Source: Gammaproteobacteria bacterium (GTDB lineage Bacteria; Pseudomonadota; Gammaproteobacteria; JBGSLN01). From it: a stretch of DNA of 33,859 nucleotides. The DNA is taken from contig JBGSLN010000241.1 of NCBI GenBank assembly GCA_041740675.1, forward strand, positions 1 through 33,859, read 5' to 3'. Under the pieces are notes generated by a model. It saw only the letters and a list, made by a program, of their open reading frames with translations, searched no databases and was not told the origin of the DNA. Position numbers and translations under genes: made by a program. Of this stretch, positions 19,640 through 29,117 are shown piece by piece (the first letter of the stretch is position 1; each line of letters opens with the position of its first letter).

Positions 19640-20023
19640 TTATTGTGAATAATTAGAAAAAACTTCTTTTGCTGCCATAATTGCATTTGTCGGTGCTGGA
19701 AAACCCGCATAAGCAATCATTTGGGTAATCACTGCAACAATTTCTTCTTTAGTTGCACCACTTCGTAAACCCGCTTCAATGTGTAACTTCAATTGGGGTA
19801 TTGCATAACCTAATACTGTTAATGCACCAATAGTCACTAATTCTTTTGTTTTTTGATCAAGTGGAGAAGTTGGATCACCGTATAAATCACCAAAAGCAAA
19901 CTCAACGTTTACTTGTGCGAATAAAGGGGCAATGTCTCTAATGGCTTGAATATATTTTTCTGCCGTTGGGCCGATATGTCGCTGCATTTCTTCTATGCCT
20001 TTTTTGTAACGTTCATCGCTCAT
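19640..20023 (-). CDS. Carboxymuconolactone decarboxylase (CMD/PcaC-like) family protein
   Basis: 127 aa. LDQKTKELVTIGALTVLGYAIPQLKLHIEAGLRSGATKEEIVAVITQMIAYAGFPAPTNA is the CMD-family core. The protein has no Cys at all, so it lacks the AhpD-type CxxC. Confidence 0.85.
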   Translation of the reverse strand: MSDERYKKGIEEMQRHIGPTAEKYIQAIRDIAPLFAQVNVEFAFGDLYGDPTSPLDQKTKELVTIGALTVLGYAIPQLKLHIEAGLRSGATKEEIVAVITQMIAYAGFPAPTNAIMAAKEVFSNYSQ

Positions 20024-20053
20024 ATTAAATCTCTCTTTAAATTCAGTACTTTT

Positions 20054-20518
20054 TTACCATAATAAATTAGTAACACTCCATGGCCCTGATCCCATTAACA
20101 TAAAAAATAAAGCCACAGCAGCTAAAATAAAATTCTTTTGTGCCGAAGTCACATGACCCCCTATACCAAGAGCTTGCACTTTTTTGAAAATATCTTGATC
20201 ATTTTTATTGCTCATTTCAACTTGTTGTTCGGCCTTGATGACAGCCGCTATACGATAATGAATGCATGCACCGATCAAATTATAAAAAAATAAAATAACT
20301 CCAGCGACTTGCGCATAAATTCCAAAAATTAGCATTACTGAACTCAGAATCATGCTTAATACACAAAGGATTGCAAAAAGTCGTATACAACAAGGGAATA
20401 CTAAACCTACCACCCACTCGGTTGCAGACCAATCAGCAAATAGCATTTTCAATGCATACAAATAAAGCCATGCATAACCAATCCGTAAAATTAACCATGC
20501 TAATATTGTTTTGTCCAT
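20054..20518 (-). CDS. DoxX-like integral membrane protein
   Basis: 154 aa with 4 hydrophobic helices. The N-terminus LILRIGYAWLYLYALKML and the C-terminus MGSGPWSVTNLL resemble DoxX (L.lR...G..K ... G.G.yS.D). It starts 2 nt after the alsS stop. Confidence 0.55.
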   Translation of the reverse strand: MDKTILAWLILRIGYAWLYLYALKMLFADWSATEWVVGLVFPCCIRLFAILCVLSMILSSVMLIFGIYAQVAGVILFFYNLIGACIHYRIAAVIKAEQQVEMSNKNDQDIFKKVQALGIGGHVTSAQKNFILAAVALFFMLMGSGPWSVTNLLW

Positions 20519-20520
20519 AA

Positions 20521-22176
20521 TTAATTTCCCGAATTTGGATTAGCGTCAATAAATAATCCTGGATTTTCTGAATAATCAATTGGCACATTAATTAATACAG
20601 GGCATTTCTGCGCAAATGCTTCTTGCAATATCTCAGAAAAATCTTCTGGTTTAGTTAATTCGAATCCTTTTGCTCCAAATGCATGCGCATAATCCAATAA
20701 GTTAATTGTTCCTAACTCTACCCCGCTCTTACGTTTATATTTAATGACCTCTTGTTCAAGTACCATATTATAACTACCATCAGTCCAAACAAAATGAACA
20801 AAATTACATTTCTCTCGAACAGCTGTTTCTAACTCCATTGAAGAAAATAAAAAACCCCCATCACCAGAAATTGAAATTATTTTTTTATGGGGATAAGCTA
20901 ATTTAGCTGCGATTGCCCAAGGCAATGCCACCCCCAAAGTTTGTTGGCCATTGCTAAATAATAAATGTCTCGGTTCATAACTCATAAAATACCTGGCCAT
21001 CCACATATACACTGTACCGATATCACACATAATGATGACCTCATCATCGATAGCTGTACGTAATTCGTGAATAAATCGGAGCGGATGTATAAGCCCATTC
21101 TTCCCCTGCAAAGACTTTCCGTGTTCAATCTGCTGAAATAATGCATCGTGTAAGCGTTTTATTTCTGGAATTTCAGGTATGTTTGTACGTTTAACAAGTT
21201 GTGGCTGCAATGCTTTGATAGTTTCAGCAATTTCACCAATCAACTCGATTTCTGGTTGATAAGTTAAATGGATATCAGCTGCACGATAAGCTAAATGAAT
21301 GACAGTTGCTTTACCTCTACGGTTCCAAATTTCAGGATCATACTCAACTGGATTGTAGCCAACGGTTACAACCACATCGGCTTGTTCTAATAATACATCC
21401 CCAGGTTGATTTTTAAATAAACCCACACGCCCAATAAATAAGTACTGAAGATCACGAGGAATAGTTCCGGCTGCTTGGAAGGTTCCAACTACTGGGAATG
21501 GTTTTTCATGTAATAAAGTGCGAATAACTTTGGCATTCTCTGCTCTACTTGCTTCTTGACCTAACAAAAACACTGGCATTTTTGCCGCATTAATCAATTT
21601 TGCGGCCTTGATTATTAATTCACTATGCGCAGCTCCGTACATTGGTGAAGCTATATTTTTTATTGGAACAACGGCTGTTTTTTCTGCTAATACATCTTGG
21701 GGTAAACTAATAAAAGACGCTCCGCGACGCAAAGTTGATGCAGCTCGAAAAGCATTGGTAATTGCTTCTGAAATATTTTCTGCTGAAGTAACTTCTGTGC
21801 TAGATTTAGTTACCGGCTCCATTAACTCAACATTATTGACATTTTGATGGGCCTCACGCAAATGTGAAGAACGTGAAACGCTGCCGCCTAAAGCCACCAG
21901 AGGATCACCTTCTGTGGTTGCTGTGAGTAATCCTGTCGCTAAATTTGCAACTCCAGGACCCGAGGTTACTAATACCACTCCTGGCTTACCTGTCAATCGA
22001 CCATACGCAGCTGCCATAAATGCCGCATTTTGTTCATGCCTACAAATGATTAGACGAATCGAAGAATCATTAAGTGCATTGAACACTCCATCGATTTTAG
22101 CACCAGGTATTCCAAACACAAATTCAACTCCATGTGCTTCTAAACATTTTACAACCAATTGTGCGGCTGTTTGCAT
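20521..22176 (-). CDS. alsS: Catabolic acetolactate synthase (ThDP-dependent, AlsS type)
   Basis: Long identical runs to the Bacillus AlsS sequence as I remember it: FGIPGAKIDGVF, RHEQNAAFMAAAYGRLTGKPGVVLVTSGPG, NLATGLLTATTEGDP, GRVGLFKNQPGD.LLEQADVV, SNGQQTLGVALPWAI and SGDGGFLFS.MELETAVR. Confidence 0.9.
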   Translation of the reverse strand: MQTAAQLVVKCLEAHGVEFVFGIPGAKIDGVFNALNDSSIRLIICRHEQNAAFMAAAYGRLTGKPGVVLVTSGPGVANLATGLLTATTEGDPLVALGGSVSRSSHLREAHQNVNNVELMEPVTKSSTEVTSAENISEAITNAFRAASTLRRGASFISLPQDVLAEKTAVVPIKNIASPMYGAAHSELIIKAAKLINAAKMPVFLLGQEASRAENAKVIRTLLHEKPFPVVGTFQAAGTIPRDLQYLFIGRVGLFKNQPGDVLLEQADVVVTVGYNPVEYDPEIWNRRGKATVIHLAYRAADIHLTYQPEIELIGEIAETIKALQPQLVKRTNIPEIPEIKRLHDALFQQIEHGKSLQGKNGLIHPLRFIHELRTAIDDEVIIMCDIGTVYMWMARYFMSYEPRHLLFSNGQQTLGVALPWAIAAKLAYPHKKIISISGDGGFLFSSMELETAVREKCNFVHFVWTDGSYNMVLEQEVIKYKRKSGVELGTINLLDYAHAFGAKGFELTKPEDFSEILQEAFAQKCPVLINVPIDYSENPGLFIDANPNSGN

Positions 22177-22217
22177 AAGCTAATCCCTGTCTTTTTTTAA
22201 TGATATATTTTTTATAT

Positions 22218-22263
22218 ACCCATTATACTTGAAGATGTGAGTTTTCTTTCAAGGATAATGGGT
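22218..22263. other. 16-bp stem-loop (1 mismatch, 14-nt loop) between mutT and alsS
   Basis: ACCCATTATACTTGAA (22218..22233) pairs with TTCAAGGATAATGGGT (22248..22263). No flanking U-tract on the minus (transcribed) strand. Confidence 0.5.
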
Positions 22264-22280
22264 AGATAGTATGACTAACG

Positions 22281-22661
22281 CTATAACCAACTAAATATCT
22301 GTTGGTTTACTTCTGGAAATGGATAGTTCACTAAATCTGATTTTTTAACCCATTTGATTTCCTGTCCTTCTTTGCCTATCGCTTCCCCATGGAATTTTGT
22401 AACTCTCCATGCCTCAAGGACTACGTGTTGTTCAGGATAAGTAAATTCAACTTGTGTGAGTCGCTCTGCCTCAACAACTTCAATATTAATTTCTTCATGC
22501 ATCTCACGAATCAATGCTGCAAGCATTGTTTCATTCGGTTCAATTTTACCACCGGGAAATTCCCAAAATCCAGCAAGATGTTTTCCCGCAAGTCTTTTAG
22601 AAATCAAAATTTCATTTTTAGCATTATAAATAATCCCAGCAGCAACTTGGAGTTGCTTCAT
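22281..22661 (-). CDS. mutT: 8-oxo-dGTP diphosphatase MutT (Nudix hydrolase)
   Basis: Nudix box [33 protein letters not shown] 22661 ([11 protein letters not shown]) overlaps the secA TGA as ATGA, which is the conserved secA-mutT pair. The track ORF starts 6 codons earlier. Confidence 0.88.
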   Translation of the reverse strand: MKQLQVAAGIIYNAKNEILISKRLAGKHLAGFWEFPGGKIEPNETMLAALIREMHEEINIEVVEAERLTQVEFTYPEQHVVLEAWRVTKFHGEAIGKEGQEIKWVKKSDLVNYPFPEVNQQIFSWL

Positions 22662-25375
22662 GCAATTTTCCCGTGGCATTGTTTGTATTTTTTACCGGAA
22701 CCACAAGGACAAGCTTCATTACGACCTACTTTTGGTTGTTCGCGTATAAACGTACCTTGTAACTCAGGCTGTTGCGGTTCGATTGCAAAATCTCCAATGG
22801 CTGATACCTCAGCATGATTAAATTGTATGGCAGCTAGATTAGCAGCCTCTCTACGACGTTGTTCTTCCAGGGCATCAATTTCAGATTGTTGCTGTACTTC
22901 GATTTTACTTAAAATACTAATAACTTCATGCTTAACTTCACTGAGCATATTAGTGAATAATTCAAATGCTTCGCGCTTATATTCTTGCTTAGGATTCTTT
23001 TGAGCGTAGCCACGTAAATGTATACCTTGCCGCAAATGATCCATTGCTGCTAAATGATCTTTCCAATGTGAATCGAGTACTCGCAACATTGCAGATTTTT
23101 CCACTTGCCGCATTGGATCAGAACCCACTTGCTGCACTTTTGCTTCAAAACTTTGGTTGATTTCTTTTAGTATCCGTTCACGGATAGTTTCTTCATGGAT
23201 GTGATGATCTTGTTCCAACCATCCTTTTAAATCTATTTTATATTTAAACTCGTTTTCTAACGTTTGTTCTAATTGAGAAATATTCCATTGTTCTTCTAAA
23301 CTTTCAGGGGGGATGCTTGAATCAATGACGGCATTAACTACATCTTCACGAATTAATTCTAGCATTTCTGAAATATCATCAGATGCCATTAATTCTGCTC
23401 GTTGTTCATAAATTACTTTACGCTGCTCATTGGCAACATCGTCAAATTCTAACAATTGTTTACGAATATCAAAGTTATGTCCTTCGACTTTACGTTGTGC
23501 GTTTTCGATAGCTTTGTTAACCCAAGGATGTTCAATCGGTTCGCCTTCCTTCATCCCTAATTTTTGCATTATCATTGCAACGCGATCAGAAGCAAAAATT
23601 CGCATTAAATTGTCTTGCAATGATAAATAGAAGCGAGAGCTGCCAGGATCGCCTTGTCGTCCTGAGCGACCACGTAACTGATTATCAATCCGCCTAGCTT
23701 CATGACGTTCTGATCCGATCACATGTAATCCACCTGCTTTTAATACAACTTCATGGCGTTGTTGCCAATCCTGTTTTAACTGCTTAATGTCATCTTCTGT
23801 TGGGTTTTGTAATGCATCGATTTCAACCTTTAAATTTCCGCCTAAAACAATATCCGTACCACGGCCAGCCATATTAGTTGCAATAGTTACTGCGCCTGGC
23901 CGGCCCGCTTCAGCAATAATTTCGGCTTCTTTTGCATGGAACTTAGCATTCAATACTTGATGAGGTATTTTTTCTTTCCCCAATAAATTTGATAAATATT
24001 CGGAAGTTTCAATGGATGCTGTTCCTACTAATGTGGGTTGATTTCGTTCACGACATTGCTTAATGTCTTGAATTACTGCTGCGAATTTTTCTTTTGCAGT
24101 TAAATAAATTTGATCTGGCAAATCTTTTCTTGCTATGGGTCTGTTTGTTGGAATAACGACTACTTCAAGCCCATAAATTTGTTGGAACTCATAGGCTTCA
24201 GTATCCGCTGTGCCGGTCATTCCAGCTAATTTAGCATAAATTCTAAAATAATTTTGAAAAGTAATTGATGCCAAAGTTTGATTTTCATTTTGAATTTTAA
24301 CATTTTCTTTTGCTTCCATCGCTTGATGTAAGCCATCTGACCAACGACGGCCCTCCATGGTGCGACCTGTATGTTCATCCACAATGATCACTTCATTATT
24401 ACGAACAATATAATCCACATCTTTATTAAATAATTTATGCGCACGTAAGCAAGCACTTAAATGATGCATTAGCATTATGTTACCAGGTGCGTACAAACTT
24501 TCACCTTCTTGCAATAAACCTTGTTTGGCCATCAATTCTTCAACATGAGCATGGCCTTCTTCTGTTAAATAGGCTTGTTTAACTTTTTCATCTAAGCTGA
24601 AATCACCGGGTCCATTTTCTTCCTCTTGTTTAGTAAGAAACGGAACCAGATCATTTATTTTACGATATAATTCTGAACTCTCTTCTGCAGGACCTGAAAT
24701 AATTAAAGGAGTTCTAGCTTCGTCAACTAAAATGGAATCGACTTCATCAACGATAGCAAAATTCAATTCACGTTGCACTTTATCAGTTATACTAAAAGCC
24801 ATATTATCGCGCAAATAATCAAAACCATATTCATTATTTGTGCCATAAGTAATATCAGCAGCATATGCATTTTGTTTAGCTTCATGGGGCATATTGCTTA
24901 AGTTAATCCCAACCGTAAGCCCTAAAAAATTATAAATCGGCTCCATCCATTTTGCATCACGCTCCGCTAAATAATCATTCACAGTAATAACATGTACACC
25001 TTTGCCGCTCATGGCATTTAAATAAGCGGGTAAAGTAGCTACCAATGTCTTACCTTCCCCTGTGCCCATTTCAGAAATTTTACCGCCATGCAATACCATG
25101 CCACCGATCAATTGCACGTCAAAGTGACGTAGGCCTAAAGTTCTGATGCTAGTTTCGCGAACCACAGCAAATGCTTCCGGCAATAAACTATCTAAACTTT
25201 CACCTGTTTGATAACGCTGTTTGAACTCTCCTGTCTTGTTTTTTAACTCAGCATCTGTAAGAAGTTGGAGTTTGCTTTCCAATTCATTGATTTTATTTAC
25301 TTGTTTGCTGAGTTGCTTTATCACTCGCTCATTGCGACTTCCGAATATTTTTTTGACTAAACTGCTACCTACCAT
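22658..25375 (-). CDS. secA: Preprotein translocase ATPase SecA
   Basis: 905 aa. Contains [48 protein letters not shown] and the C-terminal zinc finger [14 protein letters not shown]. Confidence 0.98.
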   Translation of the reverse strand: MVGSSLVKKIFGSRNERVIKQLSKQVNKINELESKLQLLTDAELKNKTGEFKQRYQTGESLDSLLPEAFAVVRETSIRTLGLRHFDVQLIGGMVLHGGKISEMGTGEGKTLVATLPAYLNAMSGKGVHVITVNDYLAERDAKWMEPIYNFLGLTVGINLSNMPHEAKQNAYAADITYGTNNEYGFDYLRDNMAFSITDKVQRELNFAIVDEVDSILVDEARTPLIISGPAEESSELYRKINDLVPFLTKQEEENGPGDFSLDEKVKQAYLTEEGHAHVEELMAKQGLLQEGESLYAPGNIMLMHHLSACLRAHKLFNKDVDYIVRNNEVIIVDEHTGRTMEGRRWSDGLHQAMEAKENVKIQNENQTLASITFQNYFRIYAKLAGMTGTADTEAYEFQQIYGLEVVVIPTNRPIARKDLPDQIYLTAKEKFAAVIQDIKQCRERNQPTLVGTASIETSEYLSNLLGKEKIPHQVLNAKFHAKEAEIIAEAGRPGAVTIATNMAGRGTDIVLGGNLKVEIDALQNPTEDDIKQLKQDWQQRHEVVLKAGGLHVIGSERHEARRIDNQLRGRSGRQGDPGSSRFYLSLQDNLMRIFASDRVAMIMQKLGMKEGEPIEHPWVNKAIENAQRKVEGHNFDIRKQLLEFDDVANEQRKVIYEQRAELMASDDISEMLELIREDVVNAVIDSSIPPESLEEQWNISQLEQTLENEFKYKIDLKGWLEQDHHIHEETIRERILKEINQSFEAKVQQVGSDPMRQVEKSAMLRVLDSHWKDHLAAMDHLRQGIHLRGYAQKNPKQEYKREAFELFTNMLSEVKHEVISILSKIEVQQQSEIDALEEQRRREAANLAAIQFNHAEVSAIGDFAIEPQQPELQGTFIREQPKVGRNEACPCGSGKKYKQCHGKIA

Positions 25376-25656
25376 AAGGCCTCATCTTCAACTATAGTTT
25401 TGCGTAGTTTACTAAATATATGAATCACTTGCCAATAATTCAACTCTCGGCTTAAATATGGAACCTAATTTCAGGGACTCCGAACTTGAAAATTGCTTAA
25501 CCCCAACTGTTGCGCAGTTCACATAGAGGTCAATGAACAGCGGAACACAGAAAGACAACGAATGAGGGCCGGCATAGTAGAAATGTCAACAGGCGCTAGC
25601 TATACTGAAAAAAGAAGGTGATAGATTAAACCTTTTTGAGTGATGAGGATAATAAT

Positions 25657-27594
25657 TTGACAACAAGAACTCTCATAATTATTTTACTTTGCAGTTTATT
25701 ATTGCCTATAACTGGTTTAGGGCAACCCGATGCTGAGGGACAACTTTTCCTGAATGCAAAAAATGCTGCCCAAAAAGGAAACTGGCCTCAGTTTGAAACC
25801 TTAAAAGCGCAATTAGCTAACTATCCATTATTGCCTTATCTTGAGTATTACCAGTTAGACCGTAACTTTAACACCGTCAGTGATGCGGCTACCCAACAAT
25901 TCCTTGATAAATATCCTAATACTCCATTAGCCTATCGATTACGAGTTAAATGGTTAACAAAACTTGCCCACATGCAGCAATGGCTACATTATATAGCTAT
26001 CTATCAACCTACCACTAGCGTGGTATTACAATGTAATTATCTTTATGCATTACAACAAACTGGCAAAGCACAAGAAGCTGATCTTCTCATTCCTACATTA
26101 TGGCAAACAGGACAATCACAACCTGGTGATTGTGATGTTGTTTTTACTTCATGGTTAAACACAAAAGCTGATAAAGACATTTTATTATGGCAGCGTTTTG
26201 AATTGGCATTAAAAATTTATAATTTTGGCTTAGCAAACTATCTCAGTAAGCAAATGTCAGATCAAAAAAAGAATGAAGCTTTAGCAATCATCAAACTATA
26301 TTCACAGCCTAATTTAGTAAATAATACGGTTTTTCAAAAAAAATATCCATCTGCAGAAGTAATAAGCTTTGGCATAGCACGAATGGCACAACGAGATCCT
26401 AGCAATGCTATTCAAACTTGGAATCGACTAAAAAGCAACTATGTATTTACTCAAGTACAAAAACAACGAATTTTTCAAGCTATCGCGTTAAAATTTGCTC
26501 TAAGAAAAAACAACCAATCTCTGATTTGGTTTCAAAAAGTTATTAATGATAAATTAGATTCCGTTTATCAAGATTGGTTAATTCGCGCAGGTATATATCA
26601 CCAAGATTGGAAACTAGTAAAAAAACGCATTGAGATAATGCCTAAAAAAGAAAGAGATTTATCTCAGTGGCAATATTGGTATGCACGTGCATTAGATGAG
26701 TTAGGCGATAAAAAATCTGCTGCAAAGATCTTTGCAGCAGTCGCTAAAGACCATTGCTATTATGGTTTCTTAGCAGAAAGTTATACCAAACGATCTATTG
26801 AATTAACCAACATTACTCCTGTAATAACCACGGCTGAAGTTGTGGCTGTCAAACAATTGCCAGGATTTCAACGTGCTACATTACTTTATCAATTAAACCT
26901 TCAATATGATGCAGCTTTAGAACTTAACAATCTAATAAACGAAGTAGATCAACATCAGCGATATATTATCACTAAATTAGTTTCTGATTGGCAATGGTAT
27001 CCAGAGACACTATTACTTAGTAATAAGCTAATTTATAAAGTTGATTTTAGTTTGCGTTTCCCTCTTCTTTATGAAAATACTGTCAACCAAAATGCTAATT
27101 TGCGCGCATTAAATCCTGCGTTAATTTATGCAATTATTCGCCAAGAAAGTTATTTTGGAGCAAATTCATTTTCTCCAGCAGGGGCAATCGGATTAATGCA
27201 AATGATGCCAACAACAGCATTAAGAACTTCAAAGCAATTTCAAATTAAGTATAGCGATACTAAAGAATTATTAAATCCTGAGGTCAATATTGCTTTTGGG
27301 AGTGCCCATTTGAAAAAATCCCTAGGAGATTTTGCCAATAATCCTGTGCTTGCCATCGCTGCGTACAATGCGGGACCTGAAGCGGTAAATCGTTGGCTAC
27401 CTAAAGGAAAGATCATTCCTGCTGATATTTGGATAGAAACGATTCCATTTCATGAAACTCGTAATTATATAAAAAATGTTATTTCAAACTTTATCGTCTA
27501 TCAATATCGATTAGGGCAAGTGCCCAACTTAGAAAGTATTATGCCCGTTGTTAAAACTACTTTAATTAAACAAGTCACGCAAAAAATAAAGTAA
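25657..27594 (+). CDS. slt: Soluble lytic murein transglycosylase (Slt70-like)
   Basis: The C-terminal SLT domain has AIIRQESYFGANSFSPAGAIGLMQMMPTTA and AAYNAGPEAVNRW. The N-terminal region is a superhelical repeat. The ORF is open from TTG 25636. I favour the in-frame TTG at 25657 (MTTRTLIIILLCSLLLPITGLG signal peptide, GAGG 8 nt upstream). The start is uncertain. Confidence 0.9.
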   Translation: MTTRTLIIILLCSLLLPITGLGQPDAEGQLFLNAKNAAQKGNWPQFETLKAQLANYPLLPYLEYYQLDRNFNTVSDAATQQFLDKYPNTPLAYRLRVKWLTKLAHMQQWLHYIAIYQPTTSVVLQCNYLYALQQTGKAQEADLLIPTLWQTGQSQPGDCDVVFTSWLNTKADKDILLWQRFELALKIYNFGLANYLSKQMSDQKKNEALAIIKLYSQPNLVNNTVFQKKYPSAEVISFGIARMAQRDPSNAIQTWNRLKSNYVFTQVQKQRIFQAIALKFALRKNNQSLIWFQKVINDKLDSVYQDWLIRAGIYHQDWKLVKKRIEIMPKKERDLSQWQYWYARALDELGDKKSAAKIFAAVAKDHCYYGFLAESYTKRSIELTNITPVITTAEVVAVKQLPGFQRATLLYQLNLQYDAALELNNLINEVDQHQRYIITKLVSDWQWYPETLLLSNKLIYKVDFSLRFPLLYENTVNQNANLRALNPALIYAIIRQESYFGANSFSPAGAIGLMQMMPTTALRTSKQFQIKYSDTKELLNPEVNIAFGSAHLKKSLGDFANNPVLAIAAYNAGPEAVNRWLPKGKIIPADIWIETIPFHETRNYIKNVISNFIVYQYRLGQVPNLESIMPVVKTTLIKQVTQKIK

Positions 27595-27853
27595 TCCGTT
27601 GATAGGATTCTAGTTTTTTTAATTAAGGCTTGAAATATACTTCTCATGAATAAAAATATATAGTATATTTCACTCAACTTATATTTTTTGGAGTGCCCCA
27701 TGCTCGGTATACGTCCTATTGCTGAATAGAGCTTTAAAAATAGCTGCTTTGAGCGATAGGTTTTCTGCTATCCATCTTTAATTATCTTATTTAAAGCTCT
27801 CTTCTGAGAAAATATTATTTTATTTATAAAAATCATTTTCTGGAGAAAGCTAT

Positions 27854-29059
27854 ATGCTTATTATTTCATTATGTTTATTACTATTTATTAATGCAATGAG
27901 TATTGGATTAGTATTTCCAATCTTTGCTCCATTATTTACACTTTCCCATGCACCCTTATTTTCTATTAATACCTTATTAAGCACGCAAACCTTGTTTTAT
28001 ACCATGATTTTGGCAGTGCCAACACTGTGTATGGTATTTGGTGCTCCATTTTGGGGCCGCATGTCAGATCAAAAAGGTAGAAAAATTATTTTAATTACTA
28101 GTTTGTTAGGTATTGCTACTAGTTTTGGTTTATCCGCTTTTGGAATTTATTGGGGCAGTTTATTTGTGCTTTTTGCAAGTCGGATACTAGCTGGATTCAT
28201 GGATGGTGCAGAAGCCGTTGCTCAAGCAGCAATTGCTGAACTGAGTACTTCGGGTGATAAAACACGCAACATGGCTTTTGCAACCTTTGCAGGCACAATA
28301 GGTTTTATTATAGGCCCCATTCTAGGTGGCTTTTTAGCTGAACCTTCATTAACAGGACGTTTTCATTATGAAATCCCCTTTGTAGTATCATTAATATTAA
28401 CATCTGCAAATGCATTAATTCTGTATTACAGTTTTCCAAAAAAATCTGTTGTTACAGCATTATCCAAACAGCAAACTAGTTATATAAAGATACTAAGCCA
28501 AGGTTTTTCATTTTGTTTTGATACACGAATACGTGCATTATCATTTTTATTATTCGTCTTACAATACTGTTTAGGTGCATTTTTTCAATTAAGCACCCTA
28601 ATATTGGTTGAAAAGTTTCATTATTCTTCCAGTGAAGTTGGTTTATTTACTACATTTTTAGGAGCCTGTTTTTCAGGTGGAATATTTTTTGTGATCCACG
28701 TGTTGTTGCAGCGTGTTTCGCATTTGAAATTGCTTAAGTTAGGCATTAGTTTATTATGCTTCTCTGTCTTATCTGCAATTTATTTTAGACATTCGACATT
28801 GATAGCTTGGGTATCAGTTGTACCAATGATGGTGGGTATTGCAATGATGTACAATGTATTATTAGCATTTATCTCTAATGCCGTCTCAGCCGAGGAACAA
28901 GGCAAAGCAATGGGTAGTGGCACTGCATTGAAGGCATTCGGGTGGTTGATTTCAGGTGTGTTTGTCGGTTATTTTTATAGCAATTTGTTGCTAGTGCTAG
29001 GTACTATGTTAATCCTGGTAGTATTAGCATTTATTACTGCAATGCATTTAAAGCGTTAG
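27854..29059 (+). CDS. MFS transporter (DHA1/tetracycline-efflux-like, 12 TM)
   Basis: MFS motif A is GRMSDQKGRKIIL between TM2 and TM3, and RILAGFMDG lies in TM4 (motif B-like). 401 aa and highly hydrophobic. GGAG 7 nt upstream of the ATG. Confidence 0.85.
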   Translation: MLIISLCLLLFINAMSIGLVFPIFAPLFTLSHAPLFSINTLLSTQTLFYTMILAVPTLCMVFGAPFWGRMSDQKGRKIILITSLLGIATSFGLSAFGIYWGSLFVLFASRILAGFMDGAEAVAQAAIAELSTSGDKTRNMAFATFAGTIGFIIGPILGGFLAEPSLTGRFHYEIPFVVSLILTSANALILYYSFPKKSVVTALSKQQTSYIKILSQGFSFCFDTRIRALSFLLFVLQYCLGAFFQLSTLILVEKFHYSSSEVGLFTTFLGACFSGGIFFVIHVLLQRVSHLKLLKLGISLLCFSVLSAIYFRHSTLIAWVSVVPMMVGIAMMYNVLLAFISNAVSAEEQGKAMGSGTALKAFGWLISGVFVGYFYSNLLLVLGTMLILVVLAFITAMHLKR

Positions 29060-29117
29060 CATAATAAATTTAAATGGTTACAGCCCATTCTTTTTTTATT
29101 AAGCGTAATCTATAATT

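Noticed and set aside
22389-22817. 142-aa ORF antisense to mutT and the 3' end of secA. Similar antisense ORFs occur at 7093..7413, 31388..31729, 31793..32071, 5153..5440, 12642..12911 and elsewhere.
   Set aside because: All are fully embedded opposite strongly supported conserved genes. They lack SD sequences and recognisable motifs. Long antisense ORFs of this kind are common by chance.
25519-25575. 18-codon ORF (MPALIRCLSVFRCSLTSM) on the secA strand upstream of secA, considered as a secM-like leader peptide
   Set aside because: There is no Shine-Dalgarno sequence upstream, no resemblance to the SecM arrest motif, and the ORF ends about 140 nt before secA. There is not enough evidence to call a gene.
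25652-25665. 14-nt identity (ATAATTTGACAACA) between the slt start region and the right arm of the 7613..7757 palindrome (7736..7749), considered as a second copy of the element
   Set aside because: Identity stops after 14 nt, and no matching inverted arm is nearby. A few 14-mer coincidences are expected in 34 kb of AT-rich DNA.
27501-27701. 66-aa minus-strand ORF spanning the slt 3' end and the downstream spacer
   Set aside because: It overlaps about 94 nt of the well-supported slt gene on the opposite strand. The composition is low-complexity and hydrophobic, with no motif.
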